DNA of 35,199 nucleotides from Synergistaceae bacterium (GCA_031289165.1 JAITPZ010000183.1:1-35199); one strand, 5' to 3'; positions 26,320-35,044 are shown, counted from the first letter of the stretch. The notes: a model not told the origin generated them from the letters alone. Made by a program: numbers and translations.

Positions 26320-27492
26320 TCACTTTCGGGCCACTCCGGTGCGGCGGGCGGCGTCGGCCACGGCGGAGGAGACCGCGTCGCGGACGCGTGGGTCGAACGC
26401 CATCGGCATGATGCAGTCTCTGCCGAGTTCCGATGCGGAGACCAGGTTCGCCAGAGCGCGGGCGGCCGCAATTTTCATCTCGTCGTTGATGTCGCTGGCG
26501 CGGACGTCGAACGCCCCCCTGAACACGCCGGGGAAGGCCAGCACATTGTTGATCTGATTGGGGAAGTCGCTGCGGCCCGTGCCGACGACGGCGGCGCCCG
26601 CGGCATGCGCCTCGTCCGGCATGATCTCGGGCAGCGGGTTCGCCATGGGGAAGAGGATCGGGTCCTTCGCCATGCTCCTCACCATCTCGGAGGTGACGGT
26701 ACCCGGCGCGGAGACGCCGATGAATACGTCGGCGCCCCGGATCACGTCCGCAAGGCTTCCCTTTTTCTTCGACCTGTTCGATATGGCCGCCATCTCGGCC
26801 TTTTCCGCATTCAGTCCCTCGCGTCCCTCGTATATCGCGCCCGTGCGGTCGCACATCACCACGTCCCTGAGCCCCATCGCCATGAGCAGCCTGATGACAG
26901 CGACGCCAGCGGCCCCGGCCCCGCTGGTGACGACGCTGACTTTGTCGATGTCCCGGCCGGCGACCTTCAGAGCGTTGAGCAGCGCCGCCAGAACGACGAT
27001 CGCCGTTCCGTGCTGGTCGTCGTGGAATATCGGGATGTCGCAGCGTTCCTTCAGTCTGCGCTCGATCTCAAAGCAGCGGGGCGCGGCGATGTCCTCGAGG
27101 TTGACGCCGCCGAAGCTGCCGGCAAGAAGGGCTACCGTGTTGACGATATCATCCGCGTTTTTGGAACGAATGCAGAGAGGCACAGCATTGACGCCCCCAA
27201 ATGCCCTGAAAAGCACGCACTTGCCCTCCATGACCGGCATACCCGCCTCCGGGCCGATGTCCCCCAACCCCAGAACGGCCGTCCCGTCCGTCACTACGGC
27301 CACCGTGTTCCAGCGTCCCGTCAGGTCGTAGCTTTTGGAGACGTCCTTCTGTATTTCGAGGCAGGGCTGAGCGACGCCCGGCGTGTAGGCCAGAGACAGC
27401 TCTTCCCTGTTCGTGACGGCCATTTTGGGAACGATGTCGAACTTTCCCTTCCACTGGTAGTGCAGTTTGAGCGATTCCTGAGCGTAATCCAT
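26320..27492 (-). CDS. maeB: NAD(P)-dependent malic enzyme (short, about 390-aa form)
   Basis: AYTPGVA, DGTAVLGLGDIG, FHDDQHGTA and NNVLAFPG motifs. The ATG at 27492 has GGGAGGA upstream. The ORF-track start at 27582 adds 30 implausible residues. Confidence 0.85.
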   Translation of the reverse strand: MDYAQESLKLHYQWKGKFDIVPKMAVTNREELSLAYTPGVAQPCLEIQKDVSKSYDLTGRWNTVAVVTDGTAVLGLGDIGPEAGMPVMEGKCVLFRAFGGVNAVPLCIRSKNADDIVNTVALLAGSFGGVNLEDIAAPRCFEIERRLKERCDIPIFHDDQHGTAIVVLAALLNALKVAGRDIDKVSVVTSGAGAAGVAVIRLLMAMGLRDVVMCDRTGAIYEGREGLNAEKAEMAAISNRSKKKGSLADVIRGADVFIGVSAPGTVTSEMVRSMAKDPILFPMANPLPEIMPDEAHAAGAAVVGTGRSDFPNQINNVLAFPGVFRGAFDVRASDINDEMKIAAARALANLVSASELGRDCIMPMAFDPRVRDAVSSAVADAARRTGVARK

Positions 27493-27594
27493 TTTTTCCT
27501 CCCGATTATGAAGCTCAGGGGGGCAGAGTTTATCTGGCCCTTCGGAGCCTCGCCGGTCCCCCTGAAAGCTCTGTGATTTCAATAATATTACATT

Positions 27595-28176
27595 TCAGCG
27601 CATGGGGTATTCCCTCAGCGTCGTGTAGATCGGCCCCGTCGAGGTCAGCCGGCTTTGAACCAGAAAAAGGCGTTCACAGCGCCACGAAAAGGACGGCGCG
27701 TCCGCAAGAGCTCTCGAAAGCGCGCCCGCCGGGGTCTCCGCGTTCCGCAGGCGCGCCAGGGTGAGGTGAGGGCTGAAACGCTTCGGCTCCGGGGGAAAGC
27801 CCGTCTCGACCGCGATATGTTCCACGCGCTCCGCGAGAGCCGCCAGTTCCTTCGCCCCCAGGTCCGCCCCAAGCCACAAAACACGGGGACGGGTGAGGTT
27901 CGGAAATCCCCCCGCCCGGTTCAGCCGGATATCGAACGCGCCCGCGCCGCTCCCCTCCAGGGCGTCCGCGATGCGCTCGACCCGCGACGCCGGGGCCTCG
28001 CCCAGAAAGCGCAGGGTCAGGTGCAGCTGCGCGCGTCCCACCCATTTGTAAGGCGCCAGAGAACGCAGACGCGCGACGAACGAGGCCATGCGGTCCAGAA
28101 CGTCGTTCGGCGGCGCCACGGCCACGAAGGAACGAACCGGTCCCCCGTCCGATCGAAAGTCATTTTCCGCGCACAT
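27595..28176 (-). CDS. thpR: RNA 2',3'-cyclic phosphodiesterase (2H family, ThpR/LigT)
   Basis: Two HxTx motifs (HLTLRF and HLTLAR) with the spacing of the 2H fold. The start is uncertain: Met at 28176, 28197 or 28266. Confidence 0.75.
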   Translation of the reverse strand: MCAENDFRSDGGPVRSFVAVAPPNDVLDRMASFVARLRSLAPYKWVGRAQLHLTLRFLGEAPASRVERIADALEGSGAGAFDIRLNRAGGFPNLTRPRVLWLGADLGAKELAALAERVEHIAVETGFPPEPKRFSPHLTLARLRNAETPAGALSRALADAPSFSWRCERLFLVQSRLTSTGPIYTTLREYPMR

Positions 28177-28376
28177 TCCCGACACCCCCGTTCCCATCCC
28201 GTCGGCAACATTATAGCGGCTCACGCCGTCTGAATCGAGGCTCGAAAATAAAAAAACGGCGCGCACGCGGCGGACGTGGCATTTTGAGGCCCCGGCTTCT
28301 TCTTTTTACGGCAATTTTGTAGTAAAATTTATGATAATTGGATTTAAGATCAGCACGTACGAAGGGAGTGCCCGAA

Positions 28377-29366
28377 ATGAACGTCGCATCGATGCTGTCC
28401 AGTGGATATCTGCAACCGGCGACCCCTGTGAAGCCCGCCGAAGTCGTGAACGCGCAACCCTCTTCTTCGCTGGCCCGGCAGGAGCAGCAGATTCTGGCGC
28501 AGGAGCGGGCGCTCGCGGCGGGCGGGGGGAGCGTATCCACCACCTATCGCTACACGGTCGGTCCCGACGGACGACGGTACATTACGGGCGCGGAGGTGAC
28601 GATCACCGGCGACGAGGGAATCATTGACGGAATCTCCGGCGGCGTGAAGCACGAGGAGCTGAGGCCGGTTGTAAAGGCCGTTTCGGAGGGCGCCGGACGG
28701 GGTGAAAGCACCACCCAAAGCGTGGGCGCCGGAAAGTCTGAGGCCGCTGACGCTCAAATCGCGGCTGCTCAAAGCGCCAACAGCCAGGTCGTCAATAAAC
28801 TGGAACAGACGGAGCGGGAGGTCGTCGCCCACGAGGCGGCGCACAAGGCCGCGGGCGGGCGTTTCGCCGGCGCGGCAAGTTACACGTACACCCAGGGCCC
28901 CGACGGCAGAAGCTACATCACGGGCGGCGAGGTGCCGATCAATGTTCCCGCGAGCGACGATCCTGAGGAAACGCTGCGCAACATGGAGCAGGTGGTTCGG
29001 GCGGCTCTGGCGCCGGGCAGCCCATCCGGGCAGGATCTGAGCGTTGCGGCGTCGGCGGCTGCCGCGGCCGCACAGGCGCGTCAGCAGATCGCCCGGCAAA
29101 ACGGACAGGACGCCGCCGACAGCAGGGACGCGAGCTCTGAGGACGCACTGAAAACAGGCGCCGCCTCCATACAGGCAGACATCCGCTTCGAGCGGATCCG
29201 CTCCGGCGACGAGGCGGACACGGAGAACACGAACCCGGTCGAGCCGGAGGAAATCCGGGACGCCTACGCCCGCACCGCATCGAAACACGGCATGTGGGCG
29301 CTTGGACGGGGCTTCGAGCCGGAGACGGCCGACGACGAAACGAACCGCCTGGACGTCGCCGCCTGA
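28377..29366 (+). CDS. SprA-related family protein (putative HExxH metalloprotein) with an internal duplication
   Basis: VVAHEAAHKAAGG followed by YTYTQGPDGRSYITGGEVPI matches my recollection of the SprA-related family. The ATG at 28377 has GAAGGGA upstream. The tail is low-complexity and acidic or Ala-rich. Confidence 0.6.
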   Translation: MNVASMLSSGYLQPATPVKPAEVVNAQPSSSLARQEQQILAQERALAAGGGSVSTTYRYTVGPDGRRYITGAEVTITGDEGIIDGISGGVKHEELRPVVKAVSEGAGRGESTTQSVGAGKSEAADAQIAAAQSANSQVVNKLEQTEREVVAHEAAHKAAGGRFAGAASYTYTQGPDGRSYITGGEVPINVPASDDPEETLRNMEQVVRAALAPGSPSGQDLSVAASAAAAAAQARQQIARQNGQDAADSRDASSEDALKTGAASIQADIRFERIRSGDEADTENTNPVEPEEIRDAYARTASKHGMWALGRGFEPETADDETNRLDVAA

Positions 29367-29393
29367 CGAGGTACATGATTTCTACCGGCTTTT

Positions 29394-29496
29394 ATAGGAA
29401 TTCGAGTAAAAAGCCTAAAGTTTAGAATAACTAAAAACGGCTCACTGTCAGGGAAAACTCTTAGCCTCTTACAGTAAACTTAAGTTAAACCACTTT
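29394..29496 (-). repeat. MITE-like AT-rich hairpin repeat, copy C (103 bp, inverted orientation)
   Basis: The reverse complement reads AAAGTGGTTTAACTTAAG...GACAGTGAGCCGTTTT...ACTCGAATTCCTAT. It lies between the convergent SprA-related and MATE genes. Confidence 0.85.
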
Positions 29497-29567
29497 AACT
29501 GTTCCAGCTTCATAATCACACAGGACACCCGGATTCTTTACGCCATCTGCATTGATGATGGAACCGT

Positions 29568-30941
29568 TCACTCTTTTTTTATTTCCCTCTGTATTTTTTT
29601 CATCATGTATACGAAGCACACCCAGGCGACGCCGGCCCCGAGCGCCCAGGAGACGGGCTGGAACCACCATATGCCCCGTTCGCCCAGCCGCCAGGCGAAA
29701 AAATGCACCGCCGGGATGCGTCCCAGAACCGAGCGCATGAGCTGCGCGGCCGTCCCGAAAGCGGAGCGGCCCGTCGCGACGAACGCCGAGCTCAGCACGA
29801 CCTGCGTGATCACCATCGGGTAGGCGATCATGCTGATGCGGATGGACCGCACCGCGAGGTCCATCACCCGCTCCGAAGGTCGAAAAAGCCCCAGCGGCGC
29901 GTGGGGAAAGACGAAGATGAAAAAGCCGATGACCGTCATCATGACGCCCGAAATCCACGCGGCGGCCTTTATCCCCTCCATCATGCGCGCCAGGTCACGC
30001 CGCCCGTAGTTGAACGCCAGAAACGGCATCAGGGCCGAACCCACCCCCATCGAGACGGTGAAGTAAAAATCCTCCACGCGAATGGCCAGCATCCAAGCCG
30101 CGACCGCGTGGTGCCCGAAAGACGCGAGGACACGATTCACGGCCCCGAAGCCGAGCGCGATGCTGCCGACCGAGAGCGTGACGGGAAGACCGATGACGGT
30201 TATCGGCCTCCAGTGCCGGAACAGGGCCGGACGGGGAAACGGCAGGAGGGGCAGGGAGAAGCCGGCGTTGGACTTCATCCTGCGATGGATCCAGACCACC
30301 GCGAAAACGCGCCCGACGAAGGTCGCCGCGGCCGCCCCGCCCACGCCCCACCCGAAGACGAAGATGAAGATCGGATCGAGGACGCCGTTCACCAGGTTGG
30401 CGATTCCCATGCAGATCAGGGGCGTCACCGTATCGCCCTGACAGCGGAAAATGCTGTTCGCAACGTAGGTGTAGACGATCAGCGGCGCCGTCAGGGGCAG
30501 CCACATGTTGTAGCCGTAGCTCATTTTCAGAATTTCCGCGTTCCCCGACGCGCCCAGCCGGTCGAACACGGCGGCCGAGACGGAGGGAGAGAGCATGGGA
30601 AGCATCATGAGGGAAAGGAGATAGCCCAGCAGCAGGCTCGAAAGCGCCACCCCGCGGGCCGTCGCCGCGTCGCCGCGCCCCAGATTCTGCCCGATCAGAG
30701 CGGTGGCCCCCCCCGCGACGCCCTCAATCAGGGCGAACAGCGTGATGTTCACCGGAAAGGTCAGCGAAACGGCGGCCGTGGGGAGCTCCCCCAGCCACGA
30801 TATGAATACCGTATCCACCATAAAAAACAGCGTGTTCAGAAGCATCATGCCGATGGCGGGCAGCGACATCTGCAAAAGGATCAGGCCGACCGATCCCTCG
30901 CCGAGGTTCCCGGGCTTCGACAGGTAATTTTTAAGGCGCAT
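29568..30941 (-). CDS. MATE-family efflux transporter
   Basis: About 457-aa polytopic ORF (12 TM) with an N-terminus typical of MATE (LLQMSLPAIGMMLLNTLFFMVDTVFISWLG). The ATG at 30941 has AAGGAGAG upstream. The longer ORF-track start at 31061 is rejected. Confidence 0.85.
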   Translation of the reverse strand: MRLKNYLSKPGNLGEGSVGLILLQMSLPAIGMMLLNTLFFMVDTVFISWLGELPTAAVSLTFPVNITLFALIEGVAGGATALIGQNLGRGDAATARGVALSSLLLGYLLSLMMLPMLSPSVSAAVFDRLGASGNAEILKMSYGYNMWLPLTAPLIVYTYVANSIFRCQGDTVTPLICMGIANLVNGVLDPIFIFVFGWGVGGAAAATFVGRVFAVVWIHRRMKSNAGFSLPLLPFPRPALFRHWRPITVIGLPVTLSVGSIALGFGAVNRVLASFGHHAVAAWMLAIRVEDFYFTVSMGVGSALMPFLAFNYGRRDLARMMEGIKAAAWISGVMMTVIGFFIFVFPHAPLGLFRPSERVMDLAVRSIRISMIAYPMVITQVVLSSAFVATGRSAFGTAAQLMRSVLGRIPAVHFFAWRLGERGIWWFQPVSWALGAGVAWVCFVYMMKKIQREIKKE

Positions 30942-31076
30942 ATGAAAATACTCTCCTTCAGAATTCGGGCCGACGAGCGGTTTTCGACCGGCGCACGGTA
31001 CAGGCATTATCTCATATGTGATGAAAACGCCCACCCGCCATCCTGTCCCGTTAAAAATCATGTCGTTGTAATTTTC

Positions 31077-31105
31077 TTGACAGACAGCGTCCCGCAGATT
31101 AGGAT
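31077..31105 (+). promoter_or_regulatory. candidate sigma70-type promoter upstream of repeat copy D and the DtxR-family gene
   Basis: TTGACA (31077-31082), a 17-nt spacer, then TAGGAT (31100-31105). Confidence 0.35.
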
Positions 31106-31138
31106 TTGAACAGGTCCAGGATTCGATATCGGAATGTT

Positions 31139-31241
31139 ATGGCGGTTTAACTTAAGTTTACTATATGAGGTTAAAAGTTTTTCTTGACAGTGAGCCGTTT
31201 TTAGCTATTCTGACTTCAGGCTTTTTACTTGAATTCACTAT
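31139..31241 (+). repeat. MITE-like AT-rich hairpin repeat, copy D (103 bp)
   Basis: ATGGCGGTTTAACTTAAG...TTGACAGTGAGCCGTTTTTAGCTATTCT...ACTTGAATTCACTAT. It lies between the divergent MATE and DtxR-family genes and carries an internal TTGACA-16-TATTCT (31184-31211). Confidence 0.85.
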
Positions 31242-31331
31242 AACGGCAATTTCAGTTTGGAAAATAAAGATTCAAAAAATCTGCCATGGTGGACGCGGGC
31301 TGGCCCGGATGGGCCGACAGGAGAATTGTTG

Positions 31332-31994
31332 ATGATAACAGCGCGCATTGAGGACTATCTTGAAGAAATTTTCCTTCTGGAATGTACCGGGCACGAAATC
31401 ACCGTCACCGACCTCGCCGAGCGGCTGGGCATAACCAAGGGCACGGTCACGGCCACCGTGCAGAAGCTGGTCGACGCGGAGATGCTGACGCACGAGCGCT
31501 ACGGCGCCCTTCATCTCACCAGGGAGGGAAGGCGCAAGGGGCTCATGGTGTATCGCCGTCACGAGGGGTTGCGCGCCTTTTTTCACGAACTGCTGGGCGT
31601 GGACAGAGACCGCTCGTCCGAAATGGCCTGCAGCATGGAACACTACATGGACCCCGTCACGGACGACCGTCTCTTCGCCATGCTCGAGTTTTTCCGGCGC
31701 GCCCGCGCCGAGCGAGCGCCTTGGGTGGATGAAATGTTCGCCGCCATGGAGACTCGCGTGGACCTCTCCAGCCCCCTTTCCGTTCTGGAAACCGGCGAGA
31801 AGGGGACGGTCGTGCGCCTTTCCGCTGACGAGGGACTCCGCAAAAAACTCCAAAACCAGGGCTTCACCACGGGCGTGTGCGTGACGTGCCTCGACGCGTC
31901 GGTCGAGGACTCCGTGACGGTTTCGCTCGACGGACGCTCCTTCGCGATGCCGCGCGACGAGACCGCGACCGTCTGGCTTCGCCCCGTATTTTAA
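31332..31994 (+). CDS. DtxR/MntR-family metal-dependent regulator with a C-terminal FeoA/SH3-like domain
   Basis: Begins MITARIEDYLEEI, with the HTH TVTDLAERLGITKGTVTATVQKL, a dimerisation region and a C-terminal GEKGTVVRL...G FeoA-like segment. The ATG at 31332 has AGGAGA upstream. Confidence 0.85.
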   Translation: MITARIEDYLEEIFLLECTGHEITVTDLAERLGITKGTVTATVQKLVDAEMLTHERYGALHLTREGRRKGLMVYRRHEGLRAFFHELLGVDRDRSSEMACSMEHYMDPVTDDRLFAMLEFFRRARAERAPWVDEMFAAMETRVDLSSPLSVLETGEKGTVVRLSADEGLRKKLQNQGFTTGVCVTCLDASVEDSVTVSLDGRSFAMPRDETATVWLRPVF

Positions 31995-32024
31995 GCCCGC
32001 CGTCAACCACTTCTAAAATAAATG

Positions 32025-32047
32025 GACTTTAAGCCTTCGATTTAGTC
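32025..32047 (+). repeat. possible sixth, highly degenerate fragment of the MITE-like repeat
   Basis: GACTTTAAGCCT (32025-32036) is identical to 24393-24404 in the partial copy. The flanks are only loosely similar to the right arm. Confidence 0.25.
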
Positions 32048-32302
32048 TCAGAGTTTCAGCATGGCCGAGGCAAAATCCGTGAAGTCGCTCAAATGATCTC
32101 TGATTATGGCCTTCACTATCGGAAGCTGTATTCGCTGGTAATCGTACAGGGCGATATTTCGAAAACCGATCATTCGGACCAACTTTCGGGCCAGATCCTC
32201 GTCTATCAGCTTCTCTCCGGCCAGCATGACGAATACGTCCGAAGCGCTCCGGGGGATGCCCGGGCACAGCCCGCGAACGACGTGGAAAAGTTGCGGTCGT
32301 CG
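32048..32302 (-). pseudogene. hepT: 5'-truncated relic of a HepT (DUF86) type VII toxin, with the catalytic His replaced
   Basis: Minus-strand frame: ...QLFHVVRGLCPGIPRSASDVFVMLAGEKLIDEDLARKLVRMIGFRNIALYDYQRIQLPIVKAIIRDHLSDFTDFASAMLKL then stop (32048). It matches HepT C-terminal halves, but the Rx4HxY motif reads RNIALYDY. There is no usable start and no mntA partner. Confidence 0.55.
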
Positions 32303-32343
32303 TTTCAGCGGCCATAAGGAATGGAAATCTGAGGAAGGTTGGA

Positions 32344-32649
32344 ATGCGGATCATGCCGACGGGAGAGACCAGAGAAAAGATGCTGAACGGGACGAAGACC
32401 CTGCGGGAGTTTGCCCTGGGCGAGGCGGGGAAGGTCGTGTCCATTTCCGCAACGGGGCCCGTGAGGAGACGGCTCTTCGACATGGGCATCACTCCGGGGG
32501 CCGATATCGTTTTGCGCAGAGTGGCGCCGCTCGGGGATCCCATCGAAATCACCATCAGGGGATACCAGCTTTCGATCCGCGGGGCGGAGGCCGGGATGAT
32601 CGCCATGCGGCCCGACTCCGGGACCGACGGGGAGGGCGATCGAGCATGA
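32344..32649 (+). CDS. feoA: ferrous iron transport protein A
   Basis: 101-aa ORF with the FeoA SH3-like core (LGEAGKVVSI...RRRLFDMGITPGADIV...PLGDPIEITIRGYQLSIR). GAGGAAGG lies upstream, and the stop overlaps the feoB ATG (ATGA). Confidence 0.85.
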   Translation: MRIMPTGETREKMLNGTKTLREFALGEAGKVVSISATGPVRRRLFDMGITPGADIVLRRVAPLGDPIEITIRGYQLSIRGAEAGMIAMRPDSGTDGEGDRA

Positions 32650-34712
32650 AGTTCGCTCTGGCGGGAAACCCCAACTCCGGGAAGACGACTCTTTTCAACA
32701 ACCTCACGGGAAGCTCCGCGCACGTGGGCAACTGGCCCGGAGTCACGGTGGACCGGAAGGAGGGGACGTACAGAAGCCCGTCGGGCCCCATCGTCATCGT
32801 CGATCTGCCCGGCATCTACTCACTGTCGCCCTACTCCCCGGAGGAGATCGTCTCCCGCGACCACATCGTCGAGGAGAACCCCGACCTCATCATCAACATC
32901 GTCGACGCTACGAACCTCGAACGCAACCTGTACCTGACGACCCAGCTGATGGAGACCGACTGTCCCGTCATCGTCGCCCTCAACATGATGGACGTCGTCC
33001 GAAAGGAAGGGCTCGTCATCGACGTGGACATTCTGGAAAGGGAACTGGGCCTTCCGGTCGTTCCGATCAGCGCATTGGACGCCAGCGGCCTGAAAGACCT
33101 GATGGAACGGGCTCTGGCGGCCGTCAGGCCCCGGCGGGGGCATTCGGTGCTCGACGCCTCTCCGATGGCCCCGCAGCTGCGCCGGGCGGTGGAGATGCTC
33201 GACGAGCGGCGGATCCCGCACCCCGTTTTTCACGCCGTCAAACTTCTGGAGGGCGACGCGCTGGAAAAAAAGGAGTTTCGGGACCGTTACGCCGCCGACC
33301 TGGTGGAGCGCTTCGACGAGATGAAGGAACACATCGCCCTCTCCGATGACATGGAGGGAGACTTCGAAGCCGCCATCGCCGACCTGCGCTACCGCCACAT
33401 CACGGATCGCTGCCGCAGGGCACTGGTGCGTCCCCGCAGAGCTGGCGAACGGACCCTCTCGGATAAAATCGACAGCGTCCTGACGAACAGGTACCTGGGC
33501 ATCCCGATCTTTCTGATCGTCATGTTCTGCGTCTTTCACCTGATATTCAGCGACAACCTCCTGGGAAGCGGCGTTCCCTCCCCGGGCGTGTGGCTTCAGG
33601 ACCTGATGAGCACGCTGATGGACCAGGTCATCGGCCTCGTCGACGCCGGCGTCGCGGGCCTCAGGGCCTCGGACTGGGCGCGGAGCATGGTCGTCGACGG
33701 CATCTTCGCCGGCGTGGGGGCCGTCCTGAGCTTCCTGCCCCAGATCATGATGCTGTTTCTCTTTCTGTCGATTCTGGAGGACTCGGGCTACATGGCGCGC
33801 GCAGCTTTTCTGATGGACCGCATTTTACGCTGCTTCGGGCTCTCCGGCAAGTCCTTCCTGCCCATGCTGATGGGGTTCGGCTGCTCGGTTCCGGCCATGA
33901 TGGCGACGCGCACGCTGGAGGACGAGCGGGACCGCCGCATCACCATCATGCTGATGCCCTGCTTCTCGTGCGGGGCCAAGGCGCCGATATGGGCCATGTT
34001 CGCCGCCGCCCTCTTCCCGCAGCACGGGGACGTCATGATCTTCGGCGTCTACCTCGTCGGCATTCTCACGGCCATCGGTGCGGGGATTCTGCTCAGAACC
34101 CTGGTGTTCCGGAAGGACTCCGTCCCCTTTATCATGGAGCTTCCCGCTTACCACATGCCGCGCGCGAAAAACGTCGCGCGCGAGCTTTGGGAAAAGCTGA
34201 GAAGTTTCCTCGTTCGCGCCTCGACGATCATCGCCGGGGCGACCGTCGTCATCTGGTTTCTGTCGAACTTCAATCCGTCGCTGACCATGGTCGAACCCCA
34301 CGGCGCCGAAAGCATCCTGGGCGTTCTGGGAACCTTCCTCCAGCCCCTCTTCGTCCCCCTGGGTTTCGCCTCGGGTCCGGACGGCTGGAAGGCGGTCGTG
34401 GCGATACTGACCGGCCTTATCGCGAAGGAGATGGTCGTCTCGACGCTGGGCGTGCTCTACACGGGCGCCGATGTGTCGGACGGCGCCCTCTCCGCCGCGC
34501 TCGCGGCGACGCTGGCCGCGACCTTTTCCCCCGTCGCCGCCCTGTCGTTCATGACGTTCAACCTGCTCTCCGTCCCCTGCATGGCGGCCGTCGCCACAGC
34601 GCGCGGAGAGATGAAGAGCGCTCGCTGGACCTGGTTTACGATCGCCTTCTGGATCTCGACCGCCTGGGTCGTCTCCTTCCTCATCTTCCACGTCGGCAGC
34701 CTGCTGACGTAG
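32646..34712 (+). CDS. feoB: ferrous iron transporter FeoB
   Basis: N-terminal G-domain (GNPNSGKTTLFN, DLPG, NMMD) followed by a polytopic permease. I chose the ATG at 32646. The ORF-track start at 32226 runs through feoA out of frame. Confidence 0.95.
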   Translation: MKFALAGNPNSGKTTLFNNLTGSSAHVGNWPGVTVDRKEGTYRSPSGPIVIVDLPGIYSLSPYSPEEIVSRDHIVEENPDLIINIVDATNLERNLYLTTQLMETDCPVIVALNMMDVVRKEGLVIDVDILERELGLPVVPISALDASGLKDLMERALAAVRPRRGHSVLDASPMAPQLRRAVEMLDERRIPHPVFHAVKLLEGDALEKKEFRDRYAADLVERFDEMKEHIALSDDMEGDFEAAIADLRYRHITDRCRRALVRPRRAGERTLSDKIDSVLTNRYLGIPIFLIVMFCVFHLIFSDNLLGSGVPSPGVWLQDLMSTLMDQVIGLVDAGVAGLRASDWARSMVVDGIFAGVGAVLSFLPQIMMLFLFLSILEDSGYMARAAFLMDRILRCFGLSGKSFLPMLMGFGCSVPAMMATRTLEDERDRRITIMLMPCFSCGAKAPIWAMFAAALFPQHGDVMIFGVYLVGILTAIGAGILLRTLVFRKDSVPFIMELPAYHMPRAKNVARELWEKLRSFLVRASTIIAGATVVIWFLSNFNPSLTMVEPHGAESILGVLGTFLQPLFVPLGFASGPDGWKAVVAILTGLIAKEMVVSTLGVLYTGADVSDGALSAALAATLAATFSPVAALSFMTFNLLSVPCMAAVATARGEMKSARWTWFTIAFWISTAWVVSFLIFHVGSLLT

Positions 34713-34717
34713 ACAAC

Positions 34718-34755
34718 GCGGCCCGTATTCGGGCCTCTGCGGGTTTGTTTTGTCT
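34718..34755 (+). terminator. short GC hairpin with a T-rich tail after feoB
   Basis: GGCCCG-tatt-CGGGCC (34720-34735), then GGGTTTGTTTTGTCTG. A second AT-rich hairpin, CCCAAAA-gca-TTTTGGG followed by TTTTTTT, lies at 34818-34843. Confidence 0.4.
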
Positions 34756-34914
34756 GTGATTCTGTTTGGAATCTGTTATCTGATCCGGGAGGGTTGTGTG
34801 TTCTTTTTCGAAGAAGGCCCAAAAGCATTTTGGGAATTTTTTTCATTTCCTTTATATGACTATTTAGTTGCTTCCGTGAGTTTTGGCCCGACGGGTTGAG
34901 CACAGGTTATGGTT

Positions 34915-35042
34915 CAGGGCAAACGCATGAACATAATAGTAATATCTTGCAAAAACTAATTTTGCGTATTTTACCTAGGTATTTTTACGTAAAAGATAAA
35001 TTTAGTCATATCAATGCCTTACGCCTTGATGCGTTTGCCCTG
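34915..35042 (+). ncRNA. structured AT-rich 5' non-coding region of an IS110-family element (candidate bridge/guide RNA locus)
   Basis: CAGGGCAAACGCAT (34915-34928) is perfectly complementary to ATGCGTTTGCCCTG (35029-35042). The pair encloses about 100 nt of AT-rich sequence with further local hairpins (TGCAAAA-actaa-TTTTGCG and TATTTTT-acgta-AAAGATA), immediately upstream of the transposase fragment. Confidence 0.3.
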
Positions 35043-35044
35043 CC

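Noticed and set aside
30942-31138. Guanidine (ykkC-type) or other riboswitch upstream of the MATE exporter
   Set aside because: Only vague resemblance (ACGGGACAGGATGGCGGG) to the ACGR/GGGA segments. The conserved 5' helix and CCGAGAG-type elements are absent, and there is no terminator or antiterminator pair.
2885-31241. Could the recurring ~100-bp repeats be a CRISPR array or att sites?
   Set aside because: The copies are 2-13 kb apart, in both orientations, about 100 bp long and not interleaved with short unique spacers. No cas genes or integrase are present. A dispersed MITE-like element fits better.
32013-32723. 236-aa minus-strand ORF spanning the HepT relic region and feoA
   Set aside because: It is out of frame with the HepT-like text, antisense to feoA and the feoB start, and has an Arg/Pro/Ser-rich nonsense composition.
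34457-34903. 148-aa minus-strand ORF overlapping the feoB 3' end and the IS-proximal spacer
   Set aside because: Half of it is antisense to a well-supported feoB. The remainder crosses two terminator-like hairpins, and it has no domain signature.
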